Below are positions 1 to 12,300 of a DNA stretch of 64,000 nt, piece by piece (within the stretch, counting starts at the first letter, position 1; each line of letters begins with the position of its first letter). Where the stretch lies: IMG/VR virus record IMGVR_UViG_3300021431_000081, positions 32,001-96,000 of that record; one strand, written 5' to 3'. Under the pieces are notes generated by a model, which did no database searches, had not been told where the DNA came from, and saw only the letters and a program-made list of their open reading frames with translations. The stretch is from a virus (lineage: Duplodnaviria > Caudoviricetes). Both the position numbers and the translations under genes were made by a program.

Positions 1-37
1 TTAACCGAATTACTGAATAAGAAATAATCTTCTGGGC

Positions 38-74
38 AAAAAAGGGGTTATAGCCATTTCTGGTTATAACCCCT
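38..74 (-). terminator. Rho-independent terminator after the lysis module
   Basis: Inverted repeat aggggttatagcca/tggttataacccct (43-74) next to an A-run (38-43), i.e. hairpin plus U-tract on the minus strand, 5 nt past the endolysin stop. Confidence 0.85.
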
Positions 75-79
75 ATATT

Positions 80-961
80 TTATTCTTTGATCCACTTAGC
101 CATTACATAGCCGTGTTTCCCATTGTACTCAACGAAATACCATTTTTCCTTCTTACTGTTTATGATCTCTTTTTCAATTGTCACCTTATTGTTATACTTC
201 AATGTAGGATAACTTTTCAAGTTGGCAGCAAAGGTGGATGGTTCTTTTCTAAAATTAAGTACGGATGCAATAACAGTACCGATCCGTTGATTATCTTTAT
301 CTTCAATCACATTATTCGCTTCAGTGACGGCCTGACTCTTCGTAGGCCAATATTCTTTTAACCATCCATATACTTTCTTCTGTCTGGTCCGATATGCACC
401 AACCTGATTGCCAGTATCAGACTGACAAGCTGCATATAAGTTATCCAGAGTGTAAGGCTTCTTCGTCTTCTTCAGTATTCTGCTGACAGCCCCAGATCCA
501 CCTTGATGTCTCCAGTTGGCACACATCGCCTGTGCCTGATGATCGAGAACACCTAACTTCTCCGCTTCAGCGCAGAATTTCTGCATCTGTTCACCGACCA
601 TTTCATCTTGTACACGTTTACCAACATCCGAGGAAATAATGGCAACAATACATCTTGCTTTGGCAGATGTCTTCTTAAGCTTGTATTTCGCCCAGGAAGA
701 GAGTTTTAGATCTTTAGCTATGCCCTGTGTATCCAGACGCTTAAAAAGGTCAGGATCGGCTTTCTGGATACGTTGAAGAAGGTTCTTGGCTTCGTTCGCA
801 TAGTGCTGATATTTACCAATGGTAATAGCATGCTCACTGGATGAGTTGGCATATGCTTCGGTGAAGTCATCATAGCGTCCTTTTGAGTATTGGTTTCCTC
901 CTGTTTCTACGGCTCCAATTATATTAATCAAAACTTGTAATTCATCTTTTGTCAATGCCAT
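80..961 (-). CDS. Endolysin/cell-wall hydrolase: lysozyme-like N-terminal domain plus C-terminal SH3b
   Basis: N-terminal helix ending in GAVETGG (putative catalytic Glu); C-terminal VLNFRKEP...WYFVEYNGKHGYV is SH3b-like; located in the lysis cluster. Confidence 0.7.
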   Translation of the reverse strand: MALTKDELQVLINIIGAVETGGNQYSKGRYDDFTEAYANSSSEHAITIGKYQHYANEAKNLLQRIQKADPDLFKRLDTQGIAKDLKLSSWAKYKLKKTSAKARCIVAIISSDVGKRVQDEMVGEQMQKFCAEAEKLGVLDHQAQAMCANWRHQGGSGAVSRILKKTKKPYTLDNLYAACQSDTGNQVGAYRTRQKKVYGWLKEYWPTKSQAVTEANNVIEDKDNQRIGTVIASVLNFRKEPSTFAANLKSYPTLKYNNKVTIEKEIINSKKEKWYFVEYNGKHGYVMAKWIKE

Positions 962-965
962 AACA

Positions 966-1940
966 TCACACCTTATCTAATTCAATGTACTTCAGGCTGA
1001 CCCATCCTTTGCTTTCTCTGTCATATCCCCAAGTACCTTCGGGATTCATCTTAGTAATAACAACCGTTGTATCATTAGAGATAGATGTAATCCTATCATA
1101 AGAAGTTCCTGCACCCTTACGTACATTCAGACTGCTAGCGGTAACCTTACCCTTAACGGCACTTTTCTTATCAACATAATTCAGACTGATCCAACCCTTT
1201 TCATTGGCATATCCCCAATTATTCTCCACTTTGGTAATACTGACATAATCATTCTTTTTGAACACACCGATCAGCTTACTATGAGTTCCTGCAGCAGTAC
1301 GAATGTTTAACGCATTAGCAGTAATACGTCCAATTATTTCAGTTCCAGTAACTTCTATCTTTTCTTCGGGCACTTCGTTAATAGGTTTGGTGATCACTCT
1401 GGGAGTAGCCTTATCACCATCTTCGATCTGTACTGCTACGTGATGCCCCTCATATAACAGGATGTCACCACGATTGCAGTAATCACCAGAGGACGTATAC
1501 TTCTTAGCGGAGAATACTTCCACCAGTCCAGTATTAAACAGTCTGCGTCTGATCACAGAGGTAGTAGCGGAATTACCATCAATAAACAGCTTATTCTCAG
1601 GAACACCTGCATACATACAAGCGAGTGAAACTAAGGCACTGCAATCTGTCTCTACAGGAATGGTTACTTTCCCCGGATCATAATTATACTTTCTGGCTTC
1701 TTTCAGTAATGTGTTTCTCTGATACTGATCGTAACCAATATTATCATTCTTACATGCTCTCTCCATAGCCCAAGCTACTTTTTCAGCCATTACAGGATCT
1801 TTGAAGCGGATCACATAGTTCCATGGACGGTTATACCATTCACGAATGAAGACTTCCGTATTGCCCTGATCACCCGCTTTTCCACCACTATACTTATGCC
1901 GTTCATCATGCGTAGCATGAGCGATTCTTGGTTTAGCCAT
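966..1940 (-). CDS. Endolysin, NlpC/P60/CHAP-like cysteine peptidase with two SH3b domains
   Basis: IGYDQ..R, ETDCSAL (Cys), GDILL..GHHVA (His); two LNIR/LNVR...GWISL.Y SH3b repeats. Likely start is MAKPR at 1940 (GGGG RBS-like upstream) rather than the track start 1976. Confidence 0.85.
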   Translation of the reverse strand: MAKPRIAHATHDERHKYSGGKAGDQGNTEVFIREWYNRPWNYVIRFKDPVMAEKVAWAMERACKNDNIGYDQYQRNTLLKEARKYNYDPGKVTIPVETDCSALVSLACMYAGVPENKLFIDGNSATTSVIRRRLFNTGLVEVFSAKKYTSSGDYCNRGDILLYEGHHVAVQIEDGDKATPRVITKPINEVPEEKIEVTGTEIIGRITANALNIRTAAGTHSKLIGVFKKNDYVSITKVENNWGYANEKGWISLNYVDKKSAVKGKVTASSLNVRKGAGTSYDRITSISNDTTVVITKMNPEGTWGYDRESKGWVSLKYIELDKV

Positions 1941-1944
1941 TTCA

Positions 1945-2301
1945 TCATCCCCTTTCATTTCCAACAATAGCTTCATAAGCTACAGCTTCAATGTTATCTA
2001 ACTCTGTACATGCAGTCTCAATCAGTGTCCGTACTTCAGGAGTAATGCTGACACCTTTACCTAATAGATAATTGATCACATACTGCTTCTTATCCACCTT
2101 CTTGATTTGACCAGAATTGGCTAACTTCTCAGCAGCTAATACACCCTTGTACACAATGTCATACAGATGCTTTTCCTTAAGCCAAGGAACCAGATCATTC
2201 TTAATAGCGGGAATCACATAATAGGAGATAACCAGACCAATAATGGCTACAATTATCTCTACACCATTCTGTAACAACACTTTCATAATTTCCTGAGTCA
2301 T
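1945..2301 (-). CDS. Phage holin (LL-H-like)
   Basis: One N-terminal TM segment, then V.AAE...G..KK.YV...L and LIE.A motifs; directly upstream of the endolysins. Confidence 0.75.
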   Translation of the reverse strand: MTQEIMKVLLQNGVEIIVAIIGLVISYYVIPAIKNDLVPWLKEKHLYDIVYKGVLAAEKLANSGQIKKVDKKQYVINYLLGKGVSITPEVRTLIETACTELDNIEAVAYEAIVGNERG

Positions 2302-2315
2302 AACTTATTCCTCCT

Positions 2316-2726
2316 TTATCCTACAGATTCTTCTTCAGTATCTTCAGTATCCTTTACATTCTCTATATCCTGATGTAATTTATGCATAGCGGTCTCATAT
2401 ATTATTCCACCTGTTGTATTCTCTGCTTTTGACTTATTGGCATATAAGCCATAAGTCATAACCTGACCTGCTATATCTGCTATTAACACACCTAAATACT
2501 GAAGATCCTGAAAATGCCACATAGCTACCATTGCATATATTGCAATTACATTAAAAAGAATAAAACAATAAACTGCCATTAACTTAGAAGTCGATGGCAG
2601 TTTAGGTATTCTTTTATATTTATTTTCCTCTTTCTTTAGTTGTAACTCTCTTTCCTTACTTTCGTTGATTAACTGTAATTCTGTTAATCGCCTGTTAAAT
2701 TCTTGTTCTGATATTAAATGAGACAT
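2316..2726 (-). CDS. Two-TM membrane protein (holin-like/lysis accessory)
   Basis: Hydrophobic segments LMAVYCFILFNVIAIYAMVAM and LGVLIADIAGQVMTYGLY, then KSKAEN; lysis cluster position. Confidence 0.55.
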   Translation of the reverse strand: MSHLISEQEFNRRLTELQLINESKERELQLKKEENKYKRIPKLPSTSKLMAVYCFILFNVIAIYAMVAMWHFQDLQYLGVLIADIAGQVMTYGLYANKSKAENTTGGIIYETAMHKLHQDIENVKDTEDTEEESVG

Positions 2727-2735
2727 AAGCGCCTC

Positions 2736-3284
2736 CTAGTAGTTGCCTTGTTGGGTTTCATCTGAAATAGGTAATGCTATCACTTCGGGATAAAGTTTTT
2801 CATCCACCATTCCATTTCCACCTGATTCACGGTATATGCGCACAGCTTCGGTAAACGTTAACAGATCCTGATGAGAAACACATCCTTTACTCATAGCATA
2901 ACGGTGTATACGGTTAATTGTATCTCTCAGGCTTGCTACAGCAATTTCCTTATTATTCTTGTCTAATGCCGTAAGTTGGTTATGAATATCCGTATGATTC
3001 TCTTTCACTAGCTGTGTAAGGCTTGTTAACTGTGTCTTTAATTCTTCCAGTTGACCGTACTGCCATTTATCATGCTTTTCCAGAACCGCTAACCGTTGCT
3101 GAATATCATCATCATGTTCTTCTTCTTTATTTTTTACTTCGTGATATCCATCCAGACGATCCTTTATCCATTTGAATGCCTGGTATAACTCCTTTACGAT
3201 TAAAAAAGAAATAATCAAAGTCACAACCAGTGACTCCAAGCCTTGTATCCCAAGTGGGGATAATATATTTAATATTGTGTCCAT
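2736..3284 (-). CDS. Membrane-anchored coiled-coil protein of the lysis cluster
   Basis: N-terminal TM, coiled coil, C-terminal Y...GGNG motif; GGAGG RBS favours the ATG at 3284 over the TTG at 3299. Confidence 0.55.
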   Translation of the reverse strand: MDTILNILSPLGIQGLESLVVTLIISFLIVKELYQAFKWIKDRLDGYHEVKNKEEEHDDDIQQRLAVLEKHDKWQYGQLEELKTQLTSLTQLVKENHTDIHNQLTALDKNNKEIAVASLRDTINRIHRYAMSKGCVSHQDLLTFTEAVRIYRESGGNGMVDEKLYPEVIALPISDETQQGNY

Positions 3285-3297
3285 CTTACTTTCCTCC

Positions 3298-3331
3298 AAA
3301 AATAAAGAGACCGTTAAATAACGGCCTCTTT
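3298..3331 (-). terminator. Terminator-like hairpin after the giant fibre gene
   Basis: Minus strand AAAGAGGCCGUUA-UU-UAACGGUCUCUUU followed by AUUUUU. Confidence 0.75.
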
Positions 3332-3354
3332 AATTATATAGTTATTTATCCTTA

Positions 3355-6300
3355 TTATCCCCTGTTCATAAGAGTTTTCAGTTGCTCTTTTAATTGTTTG
3401 TTCTCTTGAGATAATTCTTGAATTGCTTTTAACATGTACATCTGAAGACTGTAAGAGTCAATACATTTAGCATTCATCTCTCCATCATCGAGATAACCAC
3501 CACCGCTTACTAAATCTTCATCAACTTTTTCTAACTCATCAGCGATTAAACCAACTTTTTGATGCTTGTGATCTGCTTTCCAGTCATACTCACGAAGACG
3601 CATTTTGTTAACTGCATCTAGGCCATTTACTTTAGTGTCCTTGATATTCTCTTTTAATCTTACGTCTGATCTTGCCTGTACAGTAGCTTTTACTGTATAC
3701 GGGAAATCAATATAAGAGGAATCACCATTAGGAGTGAAGTCAAAAATATTATGACCTAAATCAGGAGCATATAATGAACAATGTCCATTTGTATTTGCAC
3801 AAAGACGATAACCTGCTGCATTGTTTTGAAGTAATACACTAGCTCTGGTACTATTTGTTGTACGACCAGAAATTAGATCACCACCATCAGTAACAATATT
3901 GCCAGTTGCTTCAATATAACCAGTAGCGATCACATCAGTAGGTCCGAGACAACAATCAACCAGTAATCTACCAGTTATTTCTGCATTAGTGGTTTGAGTA
4001 TAACTACTCTTAGCATATCTCCATACATAGTGAGATGCCGTGTTGTCATGTAATGCAAAATCACCGTTTACAGTATTTACTAATTCATAGTTATTGAAAC
4101 TATTGGAGAATGTAACGTGCGATTTCTCAGTAGAAGTTGAGAAACCAACAGTAAGGTCTGCATTAGCATAAACCATACCAGTAATTGTGCCACCACCTTT
4201 TTGTAAGTAATTATCGCTAATAATAGTGGAGTAGTTACTTTCATCCAATACCCGTCTCCATGCTTGCCATGTGCCATTGTTCTTTCCACGTAACGAGATC
4301 TGTCCTGTACGGTAATCTCCAAATATCTCATGTTGCCAACTGGAACTATAGAACTGTGTATATAACGCACCATCAGTATGTTGATAGTTCCAATCGTCTG
4401 CTGCAAGGCTGCTTACATAACCTATGGCATTAGTAGATACACTTGCGATACCAAGATTGGTTGATGTTGTTACCTTAAAATTGGTTATAGCGTCTGCTGT
4501 ACCCTTAAAGGATGCTGAAGAATCAGTGATGGAAACGATCAAACCTTTCTTACTATCGTATATACCACGAGCGCCTGAAGTGTTGTTTCCGTACATATAG
4601 AACCATCTGGCAGTATCTTCCGTAGTATAACCTACAGCAAGTTGCACTTCACCCGATGCTTTTCTAACAGATATACTACCAGTAACAGCTGAAGAACCAG
4701 TCAGAGGAATATATACCTGATCTGTCTTACCTTTAATGTAGTTATACAAAGCACTCACTGGACGTCTGTGATAAGTTGTGGTAGTTGTACCACCACCTAC
4801 GTATTGAGAGATATAGTAATCTGCATCAACTGGATTGGAAGAACCAGTATCCAATGCATTTAAGAACGCATTGGCTGCATTCTTAGCACTTGTCTGACCA
4901 GTACCACCTTTACCTACTCCTAATGTACCTTCAATCTCCGTAAATGCGGGTGGATTACTTTCATCATATATCTTTCTCCAGTCACCCCAATCATTGGTAG
5001 TACGTCCAGAACGGACATAGAGCGGAGTTGTACGCTGATCATTATTATGTGCAGTTCCCGCCAGTTCCCATGAACTATAATCGCCTGTCCAACCTTTTAT
5101 ATGCATAATAGAATACCAAATACCTGTTGTTGGCATGGTAATATCATCAGTTGAGTTTGACATAGCAAAATAGAAGTTTGCACCTTGATCAAAATCACCG
5201 GGCAATACTTTATAACTTCTCAAATCATGTACATGAATTGATCCGTTAGGCTTAGTGCTGTTATTCGCTGACACACCTGCATATAACTGACCGTTGGAAT
5301 ATATATTACCATTCGAATGTATCTGGCCTGATACCTTAAGCGTTTTACTCACTGTTAAATCAGCGGTACCTGCAGTAAGTCTTACATCATAATCAGCGGT
5401 AGAAGTATCTGTCGCATGAAAATCAATATACTTACCGATATCCATAACACCATCACTACTAACATAAGGCACACCTTGAAACCATGCTCCCGATTTGGGC
5501 TGATTAACAGCAGTGATCACGCCTAAATTTGTCATATAAACAGGAGTATTTGTATCACCAACAGCAGTGCTTGCAGCACCATGTGCTACCATCTGCCAAT
5601 CCTGCCATTCTGTTTGACTCGAAGTTCTATAGAACATTCTGTTCGTATTATTACCACCATGATGTATATAGATCTGACTGGCATAATCAGGTGTAGTATT
5701 ACCACTTAACTTTCTATACGACATAGTAAGTATCTGACCATAGCCATAACTATTCGGCGCATTAGTTAATTTACCGCCTGTAATGTTATATATACCAGTA
5801 TCATAGAAGGTATTGGCATCTACAGCACCACCATAGCTAAATGCACTTACAACATCATGATCTAATGCAGTTACACGGCCATTAGCTGCTAAGTATACAG
5901 GTTTTGTTGCACTACCAACAGCACTTACACCTGCAGCAGTAACGGCATAACCGCTACCTGCATAGTTCGGAATATAGAAGTAGTTACTGTTGCCTGTACC
6001 GTAAGCAGCAATTTGGGTAGTGCTACTACCTGATGTATATAAACCAATCCAACCTTGAGAATTACCCGCCGTTCCAGAAGCCGTACTATTACCTATCCAC
6101 AGTTCCGTCCATTGAGTACCACTGTTACTGCTAGATACATTACTGGTCACACTAAGAGAATTGTGATAACGAGCATTTACTGTACCACTATTAGATGAAC
6201 GATCCTGTTGGAAGAGGAGATAGTTACGAGATGAAGGTACAGTAACACTTGCAGTAAAGGTTGTAGCATTGGTTGCGGTCTCTGCATTGCCATATAAAGT

Positions 6301-9300
6301 GACATTATTACTATCATCAATACCAATTACGGTTTTGCCAGTTCCTGCTGAGTTAGTAGTATATATGCCCCTAGTATTACTGGGACTAGCGTATAAATAC
6401 AGAGAACTCTTAGCAGTGCTATTATGTGTAACCAACAAACGAGCCTGTGCAGTATGCCCATATACATCAATAGCACCATTGGTAATATTGGTATAGTTCG
6501 TTGTTGTACTATTTGTACCAGACATAATAGTGCCATCACATTGTATGAGAGTATTACCATACATCCGTGTAGCATATACGTTCTCAGTTGCCATACCTTT
6601 ATTTTTAATCTCAAGGATGGCTGCAACTGTAGCATCAGCATCATCACCTGTTAATGGCGTTTCAGGATTGTAGGTTTCGATAGCTCCACGGCCTATGAAT
6701 GAGAAACGCTGTTTTCCCATGTATTGGTTACTTGCATATTCATTGTTTTGATATACGTCAACATAGTATTCGCCTGAAGTACCTACTAATCTAATTTGTT
6801 TGATTATAGCATTTAATAAAGCTGAAGTTTGTGTAATGGTAGCAAGAGTATTCATGGTAGTTAATTCAAACGTACCAACACTAGGCGCTCCTGTATTATA
6901 ACTACCAGTAGCATACATGGTAAAGTTAGCATAACCACCACCCTCTGCATTGGTTAAACCACTAATTTTTGCTATTCTATACCAACCTACTGCTTTACCA
7001 GATCCTGTAGGCATACTCGCTTCTGCAATATTCAATACATCCAACTTCTCTTTATCTGATGCACTCATAAGACCACCAGATACTGGTGTGGCTTCATGTA
7101 TAACAAATTCTCGTACTTTACCATCCTTGTACCAGTACATCGGTAATGTATTACTAAAATCAATTTGATAAGTATTAAGTGCATAACCAATCTTTATGTA
7201 TATCTTATTATCTTCTGAAGTAGGATAATCCTGTGTCCACCATGTGTTATCTAATGTAAATGTATTAGTGGCATCATTATAAGTACCTACAATGAATATA
7301 GGTTTATTAGCGGTTAATGTCGTTCCACAGTTAGTGGAATATCTAAAATCTATTGCTATTGCATGACTGGTAACAATATTTGCACCATTTATTTGGCCTG
7401 AGTTATAATTGCTACCAGTAGACATATAATAAATATTGCCTAACTTAAAACTAGCAGTATTCTTTGCTTTATTAGTAGCTGTACCGTGAGTAGTAGTAAA
7501 GCTTTGCCATTTACCAGTATCATCTTCCATAACTAAGCTATACTGCTTCATACCATTAGCACCTGCAGTAAGATAGGTATAGTAGTCTCTTACAGTATAA
7601 GTATCGTTCGCATCACTGGACTCTTGCAAACCGTTATCTGCACCATTGATTTCACTTAAGCCTAAGTAGTTGGTAGAACCAGTACCAGGTACAGATGCAT
7701 ATTTAACAGCTTCGTCCCATAATTCACATTCACAATTTTCTGTTTCCAGTAACTCAATAGTAAATGTACGTGGATAATTAGAATCTGTAGGATTGGTTGA
7801 TGCTCTAAGGCCAAGACCAATAAGATGTCCATAAGTAGATACGCCTGTCTGTGTTGCTCTGTATAAGTTATGGAAATAATAACATCTTCGAATACTACTT
7901 CCCTCATAGGAGTGGGCATTAAAGATTTTATTGGTTGACAGTGAACCTTGATAACCCCATATTTCAACGTCAGAATAACTATCATAGTAATTCTTTCCCG
8001 GAACCCAACAATGGATTCTATATCTTATTTTCCACATAACGTAATACGTGGTAGGTTTCACTGTCATGAAGTAAAAGGATGCATTGGCAGCATCATTAGC
8101 TGATCCGTAAAGTCCTGTGTAGGTTTTACTTGCTATGGGGCTAATGTCTGAATTGGTTAAAGTGGTTACCTTTAACGTACCATCAGAATCCATATATACA
8201 GGTTGAGAGGTTGAACCTGTTTTGCCTTGTGCGTGGGCAACGGTTTCCCAATCTCTCCAATTTACACCATTATTTTGCGGATGCGTCCTAAAGTATAAGC
8301 TATTAGCACCTGTTGGTATAGCAATCTGACTTGCCCATTGACCGCTATTATCCCAATCCATATGAAGGATATGTGCATCATTAGGCGGTTTACCTTCCGT
8401 CATGGCTGAAGTAGCTAAGAACGTTCTCAATCCTGCTTTATTATTACTTATAATATTTGCACTGGTAGGTCTGCCTGATGGATCTGGTGATAAGTATGCA
8501 GCTGACGTTGCTGATGTTGCTGTACTTGCATTACCGTTTAGAGTACCAGTGATTGTATAACTGCCTGTAATGGTTTTAGCATAAGGATCGATTACTAATG
8601 GTGTACCTGCCCCTGTTTTGGTTGTGCCATCAGCCGATGCAATGCCAAATATCCTGAGAGTACTATTATATTGGTCAAGAGCAATACCTGCTTGAGTGGT
8701 ATTAGCGGTTGATGCCATGAGTTGTAATTGTCCACCTTCACCTGATGCAGGTCTAAGACTAAGTCCTCCGGTCATCGTACCGCCTGTTAACGGTAATGCG
8801 TAAGAATGGTAATTTCCACTATGCAATACGATTTTATTATTATCAGTACCCGCAGTACCTAATGTCCTGTCAGGTGTAAAATATAAAACTCCATTTTTTG
8901 CCCAAACACTATCAACTGTAGTCGAAGTGTGATAGAAATTAATACCTTCTCTGGCATCATCTGCCAAGTCTGAAGTAAATATAGCATTCACACCAATGAT
9001 ATTTGAGTTTTGGAGATTAAGAGCATATGTACCTGCTGTTTTTGCTATTGCTCCTTCATCACCAGTTTGATTAGGGTATAAGTTCAAGACACCCGTCATA
9101 GTACCGCCTGATTTGGCGATGGCGTAAGAAGAGTAATTTTGGCTATCTAAAATATCCTGATATTGGAACGTATAACTCCATGAATGGAACTTCCAATAAA
9201 TATTGCTACCATGTCTCCAAGTACCAAATGCATATTTGGGTAAGCCAGTATTGGCATCTACGACAGATGTATTATAAATATATACTTCATAATATCCCTG

Positions 9301-12300
9301 TGAATTCGGACCTATACTACCTCTAAAAATAGCATCTGATTTACTAGGATATTCAATACAAATTTTCTTCAGTAATACCTTTAACCATTCATCATCACCC
9401 ATAGATGTTGTTAAATTAGTCTCTGGATCATCTACCTTCGTATCAGCAGTAGTTACTAAACCTGGTTTACAGAGTATTACAGCAGGATTGCCACCATTGG
9501 TTGTTCTAAACTCCCCTGCCATAATAATAGGTGCTTTCACGCTCACTGGGAATGTAGTAGCACCTGTACTAGGAGCCATTAACTCTATCTCTCTATAATT
9601 TAATCCACTATTAGTACCCGGTTTATTGGTTAACGGGATCTTATAATTCGCAGAGGTATATTGCCGTATATAAATACCTTCATCACCGTCATCACCTACT
9701 GCTAACTCTACAGCACCTTTGTTATTCGCTGTCTGATAACCCCTGAGTACCCAAGCATCATTTGCTCCATTAATACCACCAATACCTCTCCAGTCACCTG
9801 TTGTATTACCTGTATTGGCAAAGATGAGATTGCCCGTAATACCATTGGCGAGTGAGAAGGATGATGTGTTAGGATTGGAGATAGTAGATCCCGAATATGG
9901 GATATAAGTATCTGTTAAGTAAGATGTAAAGTTACCAGAGTGTAAGCCATAGTACATGGTAGCTGTTTGATAAGTTTCTGGTAAGGTGTCAACGAAGTCT
10001 ATGGTGATATTGGAGAGATTGATATTCTTTGCAGAATCTCCTATAAGCATTCGATCAACACTTACGGTAGTATACGTTTTATTAATGTAAATATAAAAAT
10101 ATTTACCATCACTGGCGAATATTTCAATATCATCTGGTAAATAACCTAATACAGAAGCAGATAATTGAGTCCATGTATAAGATGAAGCTAGATGGTGCGC
10201 TTGAATAAACACCTTTCCACCTTGATCAGTATTAAATGTCCGTATACTAACTTCCAGATATGTCATATTATAATTTGTATGATCGGGTAGAGCGATTCGT
10301 ACATACTTCCTTGCACCAGAACCGCCAACATAAGCGCCGAGATTAAATAAGTATGAAAGATTTTCTGTAGTATTCTGATTAATACTAGCAACAGGAGTAT
10401 ACCCTAAAGCAGTAGTAACATTGCTAGCCGTTAACTCTCCACGAATAGTAGCTGATGATTTATTTTCTACATTGCCTAATCCAATACCTGCTTTGGTTAT
10501 GTTGAAGGTAGCAGTACCTGTACCATCATAAGCTACGGTATTTCCACCATTTTGTTGTAAAGTCAGTTTGGGTATAGGATTAGTTACTGTTTTGTAGGGG
10601 ACTAATATACAAGTAGTACCATCATCATCTGCAGGAATTACGGATGGATCGTCTTTCTTGATAAATTGAATTTCAGCTAATGAAGGAGTTAAGTCATTTA
10701 AGTGAACTAAACTACTATTATAAAAATCTACACGAATACTTGGATAGTAAACATGAGGAGATGATTTTAGACCAACAGCAACATAATCTACAGAGTCTAT
10801 AGCGTATTTAAACAGATAAACTTCTGGATGCCATCCACCATTATCTACAACGCCCATATTACAGAATTTAGTGCCATAAATATAAAATACAAGTCGTAAA
10901 TCAATAGGACAACCGCTATTATAAGCATTTCCAGTAATATGAATTTCTGGCATATAATGACTTGCTACCCATTTCAGTCCTGTGTATATAATAATTTCAT
11001 CTACGTTTATACTTGTATAGTCACTAACTAAATTGAAAATAGTATCTTTAGCCCGAATATAACTATTCGCCTGTAAATTCGGTGCGGTAACACTAACAGG
11101 GAATGAGGTAGATCCATCAGTATCTAACAGAATAGCAGTATTCTTTGCCGTAGTGAATGTTCCAGAATATTGTCTTGCATATATAGGCTCATTACCATCA
11201 TCTGCTGTAGCAATCTCCATCCAACCACTATTACTTGCAGTAGCACCACCTGCAATACGCCAATAATCACTACTGCCTACCGTACCTTGTATCTTACGAG
11301 TGGTTGTACCAGAATCGGAGAATAGAAGATCACCTGTGAGTGTTCCACCACTTAATGGCAGGTAAATACTATCCCCATACGACTTCGTAACGATCCTATT
11401 CCATGATCCCCATCCGTTACTGTTCTTACGTCTGGTATATATTTTACTGGCATCATCAATATCAAAGAATACCTGTTGAGCATAAGTAGTATTAACCCAA
11501 GGAATGCTCATTACAATACCATCTCTGCCTGTTATATCTGTTAACGTGGTATAGTTTGTTGCTCGTCCAAGTTTAAAGTAGTTTGTTTCATAAAAAGCAT
11601 CAACTAATGCTATGGTATTCAGTTCGGTTGATAGTTTTAGTTTTTCTTCAGAATAAGCATTACTGATAGTAGTACCTGATATAGTAATACCAGTACCTGC
11701 AGTGTAGGTAGTGTCTTGTGTGGTAAAACTATCAAGAGTTTCATCCTTGTAATTTTTATAAGTGATTGTTCTACCTGAAACGGAGAGTGATGTTACTAAC
11801 TCTTCAGGAGCAGGTGTCCAGTCTGTGGGTTCAGTGCCACGTTCTACCTTCACCCATTCAATAACAGATGTAGCATCAGATACAGATGACGGCATATGAT
11901 AAATGCGTAAATATTTATTCGAAGCATAACCAACATACCAAGTAAATGTTTTTGTATAAATCCCATTTTCATCTTGATTTTCTGCTGTTATAGCACTTCC
12001 TGGAGGTGATATACTTCCTCCAGAATTATATATACCAAAATAACTCTTGGTTGATGCTAATTGTCCCTTGATCTGAATAGTAATTGTTTCACCCTCTAAA
12101 GGTGGACGATCTCCAAAATAATAATCAGCCAGAGCATAACTGGTTGATGAAATAGTTCTGAAACTATCCTTGATTAAGTTTCTACCACCAACTTCAACAT
12201 CGCCCACTGCATTATTTACCGCATTCTGAACAAAAGCAGTGGTAGCAATCTGAGTAGAATTCGTACCCGTACTTGCAGTAGGGGCTTTTGGTGTACCTGT

